Counted from the first letter of the stretch, positions 17,009 to 26,283 are shown. The stretch is 64,000 nucleotides of DNA from Clostridia bacterium (GCA_017461365.1 JAFTYG010000056.1:7089-71088), one strand, 5' to 3'. Made by a program: numbers and translations. The notes: generated by a model not told the origin, from the letters alone.

Positions 17009-18531
17009 AAGAAGAAAACAGACAAGCAGGCGTGCTCCTGCCCGTGAGCGCTCTGCCGTCACCTTACGGGATAGGGTGCTTTTCGGATGAAGCCTACCGC
17101 TTTATAGATATGCTTGCGTCTGCGGGGCAGAGCGTGTGGCAGATACTTCCGCTCTGTCCGACGAGCTTCGGAGACTCACCCTATCAGTCGCCCTGCTCGT
17201 TCGGGGGAAATCCTTATTTTATAAGCCTTGACGCGCTTGTATCCGAGGGCTTGCTCGACGCGTCCGATCTGCCCGAGAGAGACGGGGCGGAATACGTGGA
17301 CTATAAGCGGCTTTATGAAGAAAGGTATCCCATACTCCGCAGAGCTTACGCTCGGTTTGCAGAAAGAGGGACAAGCGACGGATATACCGCATTTTGCGCC
17401 GAAAACAGCTTGTGGCTTGAGGACTACGCGCTTTTTATGGCAATAAAAAACAGCCTCGGAGGCGCGCCGCTCTCGGACTTTCCGATAGAGCTTCTGCAAA
17501 GAGACGCGTCGGCTCTGTACGACGCAAGACGCTCCCTCTCGTATGAGACAGGCTTTTGGCGCTTTTTGCAGTATGAATTTTTCACTCAATGGAGCTCTGT
17601 GCGCGCATATGCAAACAAAAACGGCGTAAGGATACTCGGAGATATTCCCATCTACGTTTCCGCCGACAGCTCGGACGTATGGACGCGCCCTGAGCTCTTC
17701 GAGCTTGACAAAGAGGGCAAGCCCCTGACCGTGGCGGGCTGTCCGCCCGACGGATTTTCTCCAAAAGGACAGCTATGGGGAAATCCCGTCTACCGTTGGT
17801 CGGAGCATAAAAAGGAGGGCTTTCGGTGGTGGACGGATAGAATAGCACACGCATTTTCAATGTACGACACCGTAAGGATAGACCATTTCAGAGGCTTTGA
17901 CGCTTACTATTCCATCCCGTTCGGTGATGAGGATGCCACGGGCGGTTATTGGCGTAACGCCCCCGGGGAGGAGCTTTTTGCCGCCGTAAGGGAGCGCCTC
18001 GGAGAGAAGGATATAATTGCCGAGGATCTCGGATATATGACCGAGGGTGTGCGGCGTCTGCTCAGAGCTTGCGGATTTTCGGGAATGAAGATATTGCAGT
18101 TCGGCTTTGACGGCGGAGGCGATTTTTCGTCGGAATATCTGCCCCATAACTACTCCGCTGACAGCGTGGTCTATACGGGCACTCACGACAATCCTACGCT
18201 TGCCGAGTGGATAGACCGACTTTCATCCGAGGAGAACGAAAAGCTTGGACGGTATTTCTGCGCTGACACCTCGGACAAAAAAGAGCTTGCAAGGCATATC
18301 ATCAGCGCCGCCATGCAGAGCCCGTCAAGACTTTGCGTCATCCCAATGCAGGACTATCTGTCCGTCGGAAAAGAGGGAAGAATGAACACGCCCGCCTCTG
18401 CGTCGGGAAACTGGGCGTGGAGAATGAAAAAAGAGGATATATCAGCAAGTACCGCCGCTTATATCAGAGAAATTTCCGAGCCTTACGGGAGAATTGCAAA
18501 AAATAGAGCGCTGATTGTAGGTTTTACTTGA
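17005..18531 (+). CDS. malQ: 4-alpha-glucanotransferase (amylomaltase)
   Basis: 508 aa. GVLLPVSALPSPYGIG, RIDHFRGF, IAEDLG, YTGTHDN. Confidence 0.9.
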   Translation: MKEENRQAGVLLPVSALPSPYGIGCFSDEAYRFIDMLASAGQSVWQILPLCPTSFGDSPYQSPCSFGGNPYFISLDALVSEGLLDASDLPERDGAEYVDYKRLYEERYPILRRAYARFAERGTSDGYTAFCAENSLWLEDYALFMAIKNSLGGAPLSDFPIELLQRDASALYDARRSLSYETGFWRFLQYEFFTQWSSVRAYANKNGVRILGDIPIYVSADSSDVWTRPELFELDKEGKPLTVAGCPPDGFSPKGQLWGNPVYRWSEHKKEGFRWWTDRIAHAFSMYDTVRIDHFRGFDAYYSIPFGDEDATGGYWRNAPGEELFAAVRERLGEKDIIAEDLGYMTEGVRRLLRACGFSGMKILQFGFDGGGDFSSEYLPHNYSADSVVYTGTHDNPTLAEWIDRLSSEENEKLGRYFCADTSDKKELARHIISAAMQSPSRLCVIPMQDYLSVGKEGRMNTPASASGNWAWRMKKEDISASTAAYIREISEPYGRIAKNRALIVGFT

Positions 18532-18556
18532 CAAAATGCCGAAAAAGAGTTATAAT
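18528..18556 (+). promoter_or_regulatory. sigma-A type promoter
   Basis: TTGACA (18528-18533), 17 nt, TATAAT (18551-18556). Confidence 0.55.
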
Positions 18557-18607
18557 TAGGTAAGGAAGCATCGCAAAAGCGAAAGACACTCGAAAGGAAT
18601 AAATGCT

Positions 18608-19225
18608 ATGGGAATTATAACTATCGGACGTGAATTCGGAAGCGGAGGCAGAGAGCTTGGAAAGCGCTTGGCAGACGAGCTTGGATACGCCTATTATGAC
18701 AAGGAGATAGTTGCACAGATCGCAAAGAATAGCGAGCTCGACGAGAATTATGTGGAATACGCCCTTGACGGCGGAATGTTCCGCAATTTTCCCATCCATT
18801 TCGGACGCACGTTTTCCTATTCTCCGACTCTTATGGCGAATGAGACAAAGCTGCTTGCCGATCAGAACAAGCTTATGCGTGAGATAGCGGATAAGGGTAA
18901 CTGTATAATCATCGGACGCGCGGCGGACGTTATACTGCGCGATTATACCGCTTTTAATCTGTTTGTTTACGCGGATATGGACTCAAAGGTAAAGCGCTGT
19001 AAGGAAAAGGGCGGAGAGCATGAGAAACTTACCGATAAGGAGCTTATACGGAAGATAAAGAAGATAGACGCCGACAGAAAGAGATACCACGGTCTTATTT
19101 CCGAAATACCGTGGGGCGATAAACGCGGCTACCATCTTTGCGTCAATACCTCGGGCAGAGAGATAAAGACCATCGTGCCTCTCGTTGCGGCGTATTATAA
19201 TCTTTGGAAAGAAGAGCAGAAATAA
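18608..19225 (+). CDS. Cytidylate-kinase-like family protein
   Basis: MGIITIGREFGSGGRELGKRLADELGYAYYDKEI, typical of the AAA/cytidylate-kinase-like family. 205 aa. Confidence 0.8.
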   Translation: MGIITIGREFGSGGRELGKRLADELGYAYYDKEIVAQIAKNSELDENYVEYALDGGMFRNFPIHFGRTFSYSPTLMANETKLLADQNKLMREIADKGNCIIIGRAADVILRDYTAFNLFVYADMDSKVKRCKEKGGEHEKLTDKELIRKIKKIDADRKRYHGLISEIPWGDKRGYHLCVNTSGREIKTIVPLVAAYYNLWKEEQK

Positions 19226-19261
19226 AAAATCAGGTCGGGCTCGCCCGACCTGATTTTTTTA
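19224..19261. terminator. bidirectional intrinsic terminator
   Basis: AAAAAATCAGGTCGGGC TC GCCCGACCTGATTTTTTT. Confidence 0.75.
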
Positions 19262-19274
19262 TTGTTCAGAGGAT

Positions 19275-19742
19275 TTACTTTTTCGATACTCCCTTACCGA
19301 CAAGCTCGATAATACCGTTGATCGCAAGGAGAACGCCCGCGATACGGATAACAATATCAGCAGCCTCGCCGAAAGCAAATACGAATACAAGACCTGCAGC
19401 TATGGTAAGTACAGCGAATACGATGTCGATCACTGCCTTACGCTTGATAGCGTCGATCAAAGCAAGAACTCCCTTTATTGCGATAAGAATACCGAAGATG
19501 AGCATTATTATCTCAACAAAGAGCCATCCGCCGAGCAGAATGACGATACCGATAACGATGCTGATTATACCTGCGATAAGATTCTTCTTTACGATCTCCA
19601 GAATTCCGAATACGATAAAGAGAATACCTGCAATAGTAAGCATCCAGTTGATCATGCCGCCGCCGAATATACAGCAGATAATACCGATGATGATATACAT
19701 TAAAGCTGTAATAAAGTTCGAGTTACTTTTCTTTTTAGCCAT
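19275..19742 (-). CDS. Small multi-pass membrane protein (DUF308/HdeD-like)
   Basis: I place the start at MAKKKSN (ATG 19742, AAAGGAG RBS). Repeated G/I-rich TM segments. The + strand ORF 19204-19779 is its mirror image. Confidence 0.65.
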   Translation of the reverse strand: MAKKKSNSNFITALMYIIIGIICCIFGGGMINWMLTIAGILFIVFGILEIVKKNLIAGIISIVIGIVILLGGWLFVEIIMLIFGILIAIKGVLALIDAIKRKAVIDIVFAVLTIAAGLVFVFAFGEAADIVIRIAGVLLAINGIIELVGKGVSKK

Positions 19743-19852
19743 ATCAAAACTCCTTTCTGTGATGTTACTAAAAGTATAGCACGAATTTGTTGATTTGTCA
19801 ATAATTTCACGCGAAAACTTATACAACATCTGTTGAAGTGAAAAAAAGAAAT

Positions 19853-19880
19853 AACCGCCCCACGACCAAATAAGGCGGTT
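19853..19880. terminator. Hairpin terminator, AACCGCC...GGCGGTT family
   Basis: AGAAATAACCGCC...GGCGGTTATTTCT. Confidence 0.6.
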
Positions 19881-19895
19881 ATTTCTTAATATATT

Positions 19896-21344
19896 TTACT
19901 GACCGCTGAGATATTCCTCAAGGCACATTCCCGAAAAATATATCTCGCTTGCCGCCTGTCTGCCGACAAAACGGTAGTGCCAAGGCTCATACTTGTACCC
20001 CGTGGTATCCACCTTGTCCTCGGGATAGCGGAGTATAAAGCCATACTTGTAGGCATTCTTAGAGAGCCATTCAAAGGCTTCTGTGTTTTCGAAAGACTCA
20101 TCGAGTTCATTCTTTAAACCTACCCGTTCCGTTATTGTGAAATCGAGACAAAGCCCCGTTTGGTGCTCACTCTCACCGGCGCGCGCCGAATAGGTAGATG
20201 CATACGCCTCGGCCTCTTCACGCGTCATACCCTCTGACATATGAGTGGAAACATAGCTGTTATATATGCTTTGTTGAGTGTTATAGCTACGGTATGAGCT
20301 TGTCACAACGGCATTTTTTATTCCTGCTGCCTCCATTTCAAGCATCATGGCATACAGCGCGATTGCAGCATCATAGTCGAGGTAATGTGTTTCTTCGCCT
20401 GCGGTAGGACATTCAATTTTTGTCAATCTGCTTGGCGCATATTTTCCTATCGAATTTCCCTTGTTTGCAAGCATAAGATATTCCGTGTCAATGCTCGAAA
20501 GATACTCACTTACGTCTATAGCATAGGTATAGGTGTAGGTCGGCTTATCGGTCTCGGGCAGAGTCACGTCGAAATTATCTGTGACAAAAAGCAGATCCTT
20601 CATAACCCTATTTTCAACGTCGCCGTCATATACATAGTATTTAGGACGGACGTAAATGGTCTGCGTGTCCTCGTCGTAAACAAAGGTCATTGTAGTCTCG
20701 GATACAGTCTTTGCAAGAAAGGTGTATGGAACAAGACATTCGTCACCCGTTACGTATGCTTTGACACTGAGAATGTCATTGCCGTCTACTGTCGTAGCCG
20801 ACATCTCTGTTCTTCCGCCGTTGATGTAGGCGTATTCACTTTCGTTTTCAAACAGCAGATACGTGCCGTTTTTGATCGACGTGAACTGCATTTTTGTAGA
20901 AGATCCGCTGAGCGTAAGCCCCGTGTGCGCGGCTATCTTGCGCAGGTCTATATAGATGACGTCATCAATGACGGCATCGTTGTAATCAACTGTGTAGGGC
21001 TCGTCCTCGCCTATTACTATCGTGAAGTCTCTGTGGTAGGACAGCAGCTTTGAGACGAGAAAGACCGTTCCGCCCACTGCGGAAAGCGCTATGGCGGCGG
21101 CAACGATTATGGCGGCTACAGTAAAGATAATGTTCGATCTTATAAGGCGCAGAAAGGTCGCCCCCTCAGAGGTATCGTGAGGCGGTAGCTTGCTTCTGTC
21201 CACCTTTGCCGAGGCTATGCTTGCCTTGAGTATAGCTATTTCTTCCTCGGAAAGGGCGTCGGACGTATCTTCGGTTTTCTGTTCTGCCTCCGACATTTCT
21301 TCAATATCGTCGGTATTGTAGCTGTCGGTTTTCTTTTTCTTCAT
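19896..21344 (-). CDS. Membrane-anchored M15B (VanY-type) D-alanyl-D-alanine carboxypeptidase family protein
   Basis: 482 aa. N-terminal TM, then C-terminal SYRSY..Q, SEHQTGLCLD and WHYRFVG. Confidence 0.85.
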   Translation of the reverse strand: MKKKKTDSYNTDDIEEMSEAEQKTEDTSDALSEEEIAILKASIASAKVDRSKLPPHDTSEGATFLRLIRSNIIFTVAAIIVAAAIALSAVGGTVFLVSKLLSYHRDFTIVIGEDEPYTVDYNDAVIDDVIYIDLRKIAAHTGLTLSGSSTKMQFTSIKNGTYLLFENESEYAYINGGRTEMSATTVDGNDILSVKAYVTGDECLVPYTFLAKTVSETTMTFVYDEDTQTIYVRPKYYVYDGDVENRVMKDLLFVTDNFDVTLPETDKPTYTYTYAIDVSEYLSSIDTEYLMLANKGNSIGKYAPSRLTKIECPTAGEETHYLDYDAAIALYAMMLEMEAAGIKNAVVTSSYRSYNTQQSIYNSYVSTHMSEGMTREEAEAYASTYSARAGESEHQTGLCLDFTITERVGLKNELDESFENTEAFEWLSKNAYKYGFILRYPEDKVDTTGYKYEPWHYRFVGRQAASEIYFSGMCLEEYLSGQ

Positions 21345-21369
21345 TCGTTTTTTTACCTTTCGGAGAGGT

Positions 21370-21924
21370 TTATGGCTTGTTTTCTATAATAATGAAAAAT
21401 GGCGAGGTGGGGGAATTCAAGATATTTATGCGTGTGGCGCAGACCTTGTAGCGCGACAGCGTCGAGAGATATTCGCATATCATCTTTCCCTCTGCTTCTC
21501 CCTCGGCGTGTCCGGGGTAAACTGCGATGAGGATTATCGCGTCCTTATCCATAAGGTCGATAGCCGCTTCTATCGCGGGCAGAGTGGTCTCTCGCATAGT
21601 AGTGACCTTTTTGTCGCTGCCGGGGAGGTAGCCTAAGTTGAACATTCCCGCCTTTATCGGAACATCGACGTATTTCTTTACGTTGTGGTGCGAGTCGAGG
21701 ATAAGCGTATAGTTCTGCGGACAGCCCGCCGCGCGGAGATTTTCCGAGGTCGAGGCAAGGGCTTGCTCCTGAACGTCAAAGGCGAATACGTGCCCGAACT
21801 CTCCGACCGTTTTGGAGAGAAATTCGGTGTCGTGTCCGTTGCCCATGGTAAAGTCGACGGCAACGTCGCCCTCCTTTAAGTGTGTAAGTATGAAATGCTT
21901 TTGCAGATCAAGCAGGTCTATCAT
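21370..21924 (-). CDS. YtqB/MnmM-like class I SAM-dependent methyltransferase
   Basis: 184 aa. VAVDFTMGNGHDTEFL, FDVQ..A, YPGH.EG. Confidence 0.7.
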   Translation of the reverse strand: MIDLLDLQKHFILTHLKEGDVAVDFTMGNGHDTEFLSKTVGEFGHVFAFDVQEQALASTSENLRAAGCPQNYTLILDSHHNVKKYVDVPIKAGMFNLGYLPGSDKKVTTMRETTLPAIEAAIDLMDKDAIILIAVYPGHAEGEAEGKMICEYLSTLSRYKVCATRINILNSPTSPFFIIIENKP

Positions 21925-21960
21925 ATTTTTCCCTCTTTCTAAAGAAAATAATACCGTATT

Positions 21961-22689
21961 TTAATATTTTTTCGCCTTTTTTGTCTCGGGCGGATGGTGA
22001 AGATCCGATCGCAGAAAGCGCATGGATCTCTCAACGGCATCCTTTGAGTTATACCAAGGCTCTGCGTCGTAGCGGTAGTCGAACTTCTTGCAGAACCAGC
22101 TTACGTCCTCCTGTAGCTCCTCCATATAGCCATTGACGATAGACGCGGCGATCTTTTCAAATTCCGCAAATTTCTTTTTGTCAAGCCTTCCCGCCGCAAC
22201 GGTCAGCAGTCTGCGGTAGTGGGGGAGACAGAAATAGGGCTGTGCCGCAAGCTTCGGGCGGAATGCCTCGTCACTCTCCCAAAGAAGCACGGCGGTCTCT
22301 ATCATATGCCCGAAATTAAACTCAATGCGACGGCAGACGTAACAGCTGTCCTCAAGGGCGGCAATTCGCTTCATAGGGCGCGCGCCCGCAGGGGAAAAGA
22401 GCTTTCCGTCCTTTATTTCCTTTGAGAGCTCCGCGAGGTGGCTCTCAAGCGTCAGCGCCATTCCGAGACGGTTTTTGCGCGTGAACATCATATCGTAATG
22501 GGTTCGGCAAAAGCCCTCCTTGTTGGTCTGTATGCGAACGTCAGGCTCCATCATCGACGCGCCGAGGATAAGCTCAAGCTCGTCGTCCTCTAATTTGTTG
22601 TAGAGACTGCAAAAGGGACATCCGCAGGATTTGTCTGCGGCAGACGCCTCGAACGCTTCGTTGACGGGTATGGTGTATATCTGCTCCAT
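21961..22689 (-). CDS. Cys-rich conserved hypothetical protein
   Basis: I place the start at MEQIYTIP (ATG 22689, GGAGG RBS). Cys clusters CGCPFC, C..H, CYVCRR and CLPHY suggest metal binding. Confidence 0.65.
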   Translation of the reverse strand: MEQIYTIPVNEAFEASAADKSCGCPFCSLYNKLEDDELELILGASMMEPDVRIQTNKEGFCRTHYDMMFTRKNRLGMALTLESHLAELSKEIKDGKLFSPAGARPMKRIAALEDSCYVCRRIEFNFGHMIETAVLLWESDEAFRPKLAAQPYFCLPHYRRLLTVAAGRLDKKKFAEFEKIAASIVNGYMEELQEDVSWFCKKFDYRYDAEPWYNSKDAVERSMRFLRSDLHHPPETKKAKKY

Positions 22690-22831
22690 AAGGGAGACCT
22701 CCAAAAATTGTTTTGGCAAAGTGCGGGACAGGGCTTGAAAAGTGCATATGCCTTATGGTATAATTATAGCATAATATAAAGTATTTTTCAAGGCTTTTTT
22801 TGGCTTGAGAGATAATATTTGAAATAAAGAG

Positions 22832-23755
22832 GTGATTTTTTTGACGGCTATGCTTTCAGAGAAAAAATTGGGCGGTCTTTGCCGTGTGGAGATAAGACCT
22901 GAAAATAATTTTGACGTTAGTAAAATATTCGATTGCGGTCAGTGCTTTCGGTTTGACAGAGTAGAGAACAGCGAGCATGAGATAGAATATTCGGGAGTCG
23001 CCTTTGGGCGAGTCGTTTCTTTCGCTCAGGACGGAGATACCGTTTACATATATAACTCCACCGCCGAGGATTTTGAAAATATATGGCGAAAATATCTCGG
23101 GCTTGATATGGATTACGCCGAGGTCGACAGACGTCTGCTCTCTCTTTGCGACAGCGCGCCATTTCGTGAGGCGGTGAGCTACGGAAACGGCATACGAATA
23201 CTGTCGCAGGATACGCACGAAGCGATAATATCATTTATAATCTCGCAGAATAACAATATACCGCGTATAAAGCAGATAATCGAGAGGCTGTCGCAGTGGT
23301 GCGGAACCCCTATACAGTACCCCGAGGAAATGGAGAGACATCTGTCGGGCAGGTCGTCGCTTTACAGCTTTCCCACAGCTGAAGCGCTGAATTCTCTCGG
23401 TATAGACGGATTGTTTGAGGCAAAGACGGGCTTTCGGGCAAAGTATATATACGACGCGACAGAAAAGCTCTTGTCGGGCGAGGTAGACACTGAGCGCTTA
23501 CGCTCCATGGACAGCACTGCAAAGGGGCTCGAATATCTATGCAGGATAAAGGGAGTTGGGCCAAAGGTCGCATCCTGTATTTTGCTCTTCTCCTGCGAGA
23601 GGTACGACGCCTTTCCCGTGGACGTGTGGATAAAAAGGGCAATGGCTCGGTATTTTCCCGATAAGGACTTTTCTCCCGAGTTTTTCGGAGAGTACGCAGG
23701 CATCGCGCAACAGTATCTGTTTTATTACGAAAGATACCTCGGCGGGGAGAAATAG
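22832..23755 (+). CDS. ogg: 8-oxoguanine DNA glycosylase / HhH-GPD family base-excision glycosylase
   Basis: HhH-GPD element IKGVGPKVASCILLF...FPVDVWIKR. The start is uncertain (GTG 22832, TTG 22841 or ATG 22850). Confidence 0.8.
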   Translation: MIFLTAMLSEKKLGGLCRVEIRPENNFDVSKIFDCGQCFRFDRVENSEHEIEYSGVAFGRVVSFAQDGDTVYIYNSTAEDFENIWRKYLGLDMDYAEVDRRLLSLCDSAPFREAVSYGNGIRILSQDTHEAIISFIISQNNNIPRIKQIIERLSQWCGTPIQYPEEMERHLSGRSSLYSFPTAEALNSLGIDGLFEAKTGFRAKYIYDATEKLLSGEVDTERLRSMDSTAKGLEYLCRIKGVGPKVASCILLFSCERYDAFPVDVWIKRAMARYFPDKDFSPEFFGEYAGIAQQYLFYYERYLGGEK

Positions 23756-23757
23756 AG

Positions 23758-24046
23758 GGTAAATTGGAGTTTCTACTCCGCTACGCTCCGTGGCACGAAC
23801 AGGGTTCGTGCGGTAAGTGCGACAAATAGGAGCTTATCGGGGTGTTTCAGTAGAATATTGGTACACTCTGCTGAGCCTTCTCCCGTGGAGAAGGTGCCGA
23901 GCTTGCGAGGCGGATGAGGAGATCGCTATTTGTACAGACTTTGTTCTCCTCATCCGTCACTCCTTCGTCGTGCCACCTTCTCCACGGGAGAAGGCTTTTG
24001 GTTACATTACCGATTGATACACCCACGACAAACTCAAATTTGTACC
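23758..24046. repeat. MITE-like palindromic intergenic element (~289 bp)
   Basis: Terminal inverted repeats GGTAAATTGGAGTTTCTAC (23758-23776) and GACAAACTCAAATTTGTACC (24027-24046). Nested hairpins at 23793-23811, 23876-23894, 23912-23955 and 23976-23994. Confidence 0.55.
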
Positions 24047-24060
24047 TAACCCATACACAA

Positions 24061-24089
24061 AAAGGATCACGGAAATTCGTGATCCTTTT
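24061..24089 (-). terminator. intrinsic terminator downstream of SH3 lipoprotein gene
   Basis: AAAGGATCACG GAAATT CGTGATCCTTTT. Confidence 0.65.
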
Positions 24090-24100
24090 GACTTCATATA

Positions 24101-24946
24101 TTAACCGAATATATTTCCGCTGTCGCCGCCAACACTACCAGAGTTCCAAGTGGAATCTACAACGTCTTTTCTGTTAAATGCCAAAGCTCTGATATAGTAG
24201 GTCTCAGATGTGCAGGTTTTAGTGCTGTTAGTCGATATAGTTACGGTACCCGTAAGCTCTACCTTCACCCAGTTTCCGCTCTTGCTTACTCCAACCTTGT
24301 TCAAGGTATAGCCTTCGGACAGATTTGTTGACTTAACGCCGCTTGCAAGAAGTACGTTTGTAGCGTCGAGCTCAAAATTTTCATATTTACCCGGAGAGAA
24401 GGGCGTTTGGTAAAAGAGAACCGCATTGTTTGTAGTTTCACTCAGTGTAATAGCTGTAGCCTCGCACTCATTAAACTCAAAATCCAAGCCGTTTACAGTA
24501 ACATAAGTGGACATTACATATCCCGTCTGACCATTGTATGTAACCTTGTCCCACGTATAGTTTGTTTCTAAGCGTGATATAGCTGCACCTACGGGGATAC
24601 TTGTAAGCATAGTGCTGTTGCTTGAAGACTCTGAACGAAGCGCAAGAGATACGCCTGCATAAACGGTATCATTCTTTTCTACCCAACCCGAAGGATTGGT
24701 GTTATTATTATTATTATTATTCTCGTTGTCATTTCCGTCGGGAGTCTGAGTATTGTTTGTGTCTGTGCTTGTATCAGTGGAATCGTTGTTTGTGTCGTTG
24801 CTCGTGTCAACGTAATCGTTGTCGTTATCCCAATCATCGTCGTCAACGGGCTTTCTGTCGTCGTTCTGACAGGAAACGAGTGTTATGGATGCTGCCGCAA
24901 GAAGCGCGAGTAAAATTGCTAATGTCTTTTTCATTTTTTCTTTCAA
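24101..24946 (-). CDS. Lipoprotein with D/N/T-rich low-complexity linker and SH3b-like domain
   Basis: Lipobox LVSC, a poly-Asn/Asp/Thr tract, then YAGVSLALRSE...GYVMSTYV, which is SH3_3-like. 281 aa. Confidence 0.7.
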   Translation of the reverse strand: MKEKMKKTLAILLALLAAASITLVSCQNDDRKPVDDDDWDNDNDYVDTSNDTNNDSTDTSTDTNNTQTPDGNDNENNNNNNNTNPSGWVEKNDTVYAGVSLALRSESSSNSTMLTSIPVGAAISRLETNYTWDKVTYNGQTGYVMSTYVTVNGLDFEFNECEATAITLSETTNNAVLFYQTPFSPGKYENFELDATNVLLASGVKSTNLSEGYTLNKVGVSKSGNWVKVELTGTVTISTNSTKTCTSETYYIRALAFNRKDVVDSTWNSGSVGGDSGNIFG

Positions 24947-25126
24947 TTCTCCTTTAATTTTAAATTCCGTTTATAGACCATTCGGCAGGGTGGTGCTTTG
25001 CCGAATACAATTCAATATAAAATACACAATACATTATACCAAAAAAAAGATATGCTGTCAAGCAAAATAATAAAGATTTTTCAGGAATATTTTTTGGATG
25101 CTTTTTGAGTGCCGTCGGACGCTTTT

Positions 25127-25903
25127 TTACGTCTGCTTTTGATCTCTCATAAGCTCTCTTATTGCCGAGACAGCCGTCCGTATCGCCCTGTCGGTGTCAT
25201 GACATTCGCTCTCGTCACCGTCAAGTCCCGCGTGGTATCTTTCCTGATTCCATACGCACATAAACACCGCGCCTGCCCTCACTCCGAGGCTCGACGCTAC
25301 CGTGAAAAGGGTAGACGCCTCCATCTCGCTTGCAAGCACTCCGAGCCTTTTCCAAGCTTCCCACTTTTCAAGAAGTGTCTTTTCGGTCGCCATACGCGCA
25401 GGCGAGTGCTGACCGTAAAAGGAGTCCTTGCTCTGAACTACTCCCGTGTGATAGGGCAATCCTTGCTCCTTTGCCGCAGATATGAGCGCAAAGAGAACGT
25501 CCGAGGAGGGCACAGCAGGGAATTCTATCGGCGCGTATTCTCTCGACGTGCCGTCCTGACGCACAGCTCCCGAGGCTATTACAATATCTCCCGAGCGTAC
25601 GGGCAGAGCTATGCCTCCGCAAGTGCCTATCCGTATAAAGGTGTGAGCGCCGCAGGCGCAGAGCTCTTCAACCGCGATCGCCGTAGACGGACCTCCGATG
25701 CCCGTAGAGCAAACGGTCACAAGCTCGCCGTCGAGCCTACCGCACCATATGTTGTATTCACGGTTCGAGCCGAGATGATACGCGCCGTCAAGATACGCGG
25801 CGATCTTCTCGCACCGCCCGGGATCGCCGGGGAGCAGACAGTATCCGCCTATCTCACCCCGTTTTGCGGCTATGTGGTATTGCAATTCGTCTGTTTTGAG
25901 CAT
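25127..25903 (-). CDS. Uridine/purine nucleoside phosphorylase (PNP_UDP_1 family)
   Basis: 258 aa. LLPGDPGR, STGIGGPSTAIAVEEL, GTCGG, EMEAS. Confidence 0.85.
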   Translation of the reverse strand: MLKTDELQYHIAAKRGEIGGYCLLPGDPGRCEKIAAYLDGAYHLGSNREYNIWCGRLDGELVTVCSTGIGGPSTAIAVEELCACGAHTFIRIGTCGGIALPVRSGDIVIASGAVRQDGTSREYAPIEFPAVPSSDVLFALISAAKEQGLPYHTGVVQSKDSFYGQHSPARMATEKTLLEKWEAWKRLGVLASEMEASTLFTVASSLGVRAGAVFMCVWNQERYHAGLDGDESECHDTDRAIRTAVSAIRELMRDQKQT

Positions 25904-25936
25904 AGCGTAGGCTCCTTTCGCTTTTCGAATATTTGG

Positions 25937-25965
25937 TTGACAAACATAAAAACTTGTGATATAAT
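25937..25965 (+). promoter_or_regulatory. sigma-A type promoter of toxin-like mRNA
   Basis: TTGACA (25937-25942), 17 nt, TGaTATAAT (extended -10, 25957-25965). Confidence 0.6.
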
Positions 25966-26117
25966 CGCCATAGCGAAAACCCGTAGAGGGGACGCTTGGA
26001 TTTATTCAAGCTCTGAGCCTACGTTACAGGCTCCACCATGTATGGTGGCGGTTGCTTCCTTATTACCGAGGAAGCCAATATTTCTTTTGCCTTCCTCGTA
26101 AAGAGGGAGGTGGTATC

Positions 26118-26204
26118 GTGAGTTACTTAACTTGGCAGGATCTTGTATCTATCGCCACGCTTGTAGTTGCTATCATATCTTGTTTTAGAAACAAAAAGAA
26201 ATAA
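26118..26204 (+). CDS. 28-aa hydrophobic peptide, candidate type I toxin (holin-like-toxin style)
   Basis: GTG start 7 nt after GGAGG. (M)SYLTWQDLVSIATLVVAIISCFRNKKK: a short polar N-terminus, one TM helix and a basic tail. The SD can pair with upstream CCTTCCTC (26091-26098). Confidence 0.5.
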   Translation: MSYLTWQDLVSIATLVVAIISCFRNKKK

Positions 26205-26235
26205 CCGCCCAGCTACCAACTTAGCGGTTATTTCT
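26199..26235. terminator. bidirectional hairpin terminator shared by toxin mRNA and antisense RNA (AACCGC...GCGGTT family)
   Basis: AGAAATAACCGCC CAGCTACCAACTTA GCGGTTATTTCT, overlapping the last codons of the small ORF. Confidence 0.6.
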
Positions 26236-26277
26236 TTATAACGTATTAAGTGGAAGTACCGTCATCGGTGCCTCTCT
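26199..26277 (-). ncRNA. Candidate antisense (antitoxin-like) sRNA overlapping the 3' end of the toxin mRNA
   Basis: Starts ~7 nt downstream of the minus-strand -10 and ends at the shared terminator. The 5' end AGCAGAGAGGCACCG is conserved at 7682-7696. Confidence 0.4.
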
Positions 26278-26283
26278 GCTATT

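Noticed and set aside
19204-19779. + strand ORF of 191 aa rich in I/P/T/A.
   Set aside because: It is the mirror image of the G/I-rich membrane protein gene on the minus strand, which has a proper RBS, start and terminator.
25109-26101. + strand ORF of 330 aa.
   Set aside because: It is antisense to the nucleoside phosphorylase gene and runs across the promoter and leader of the TA-like locus. Its composition is Arg-rich and spurious-looking.
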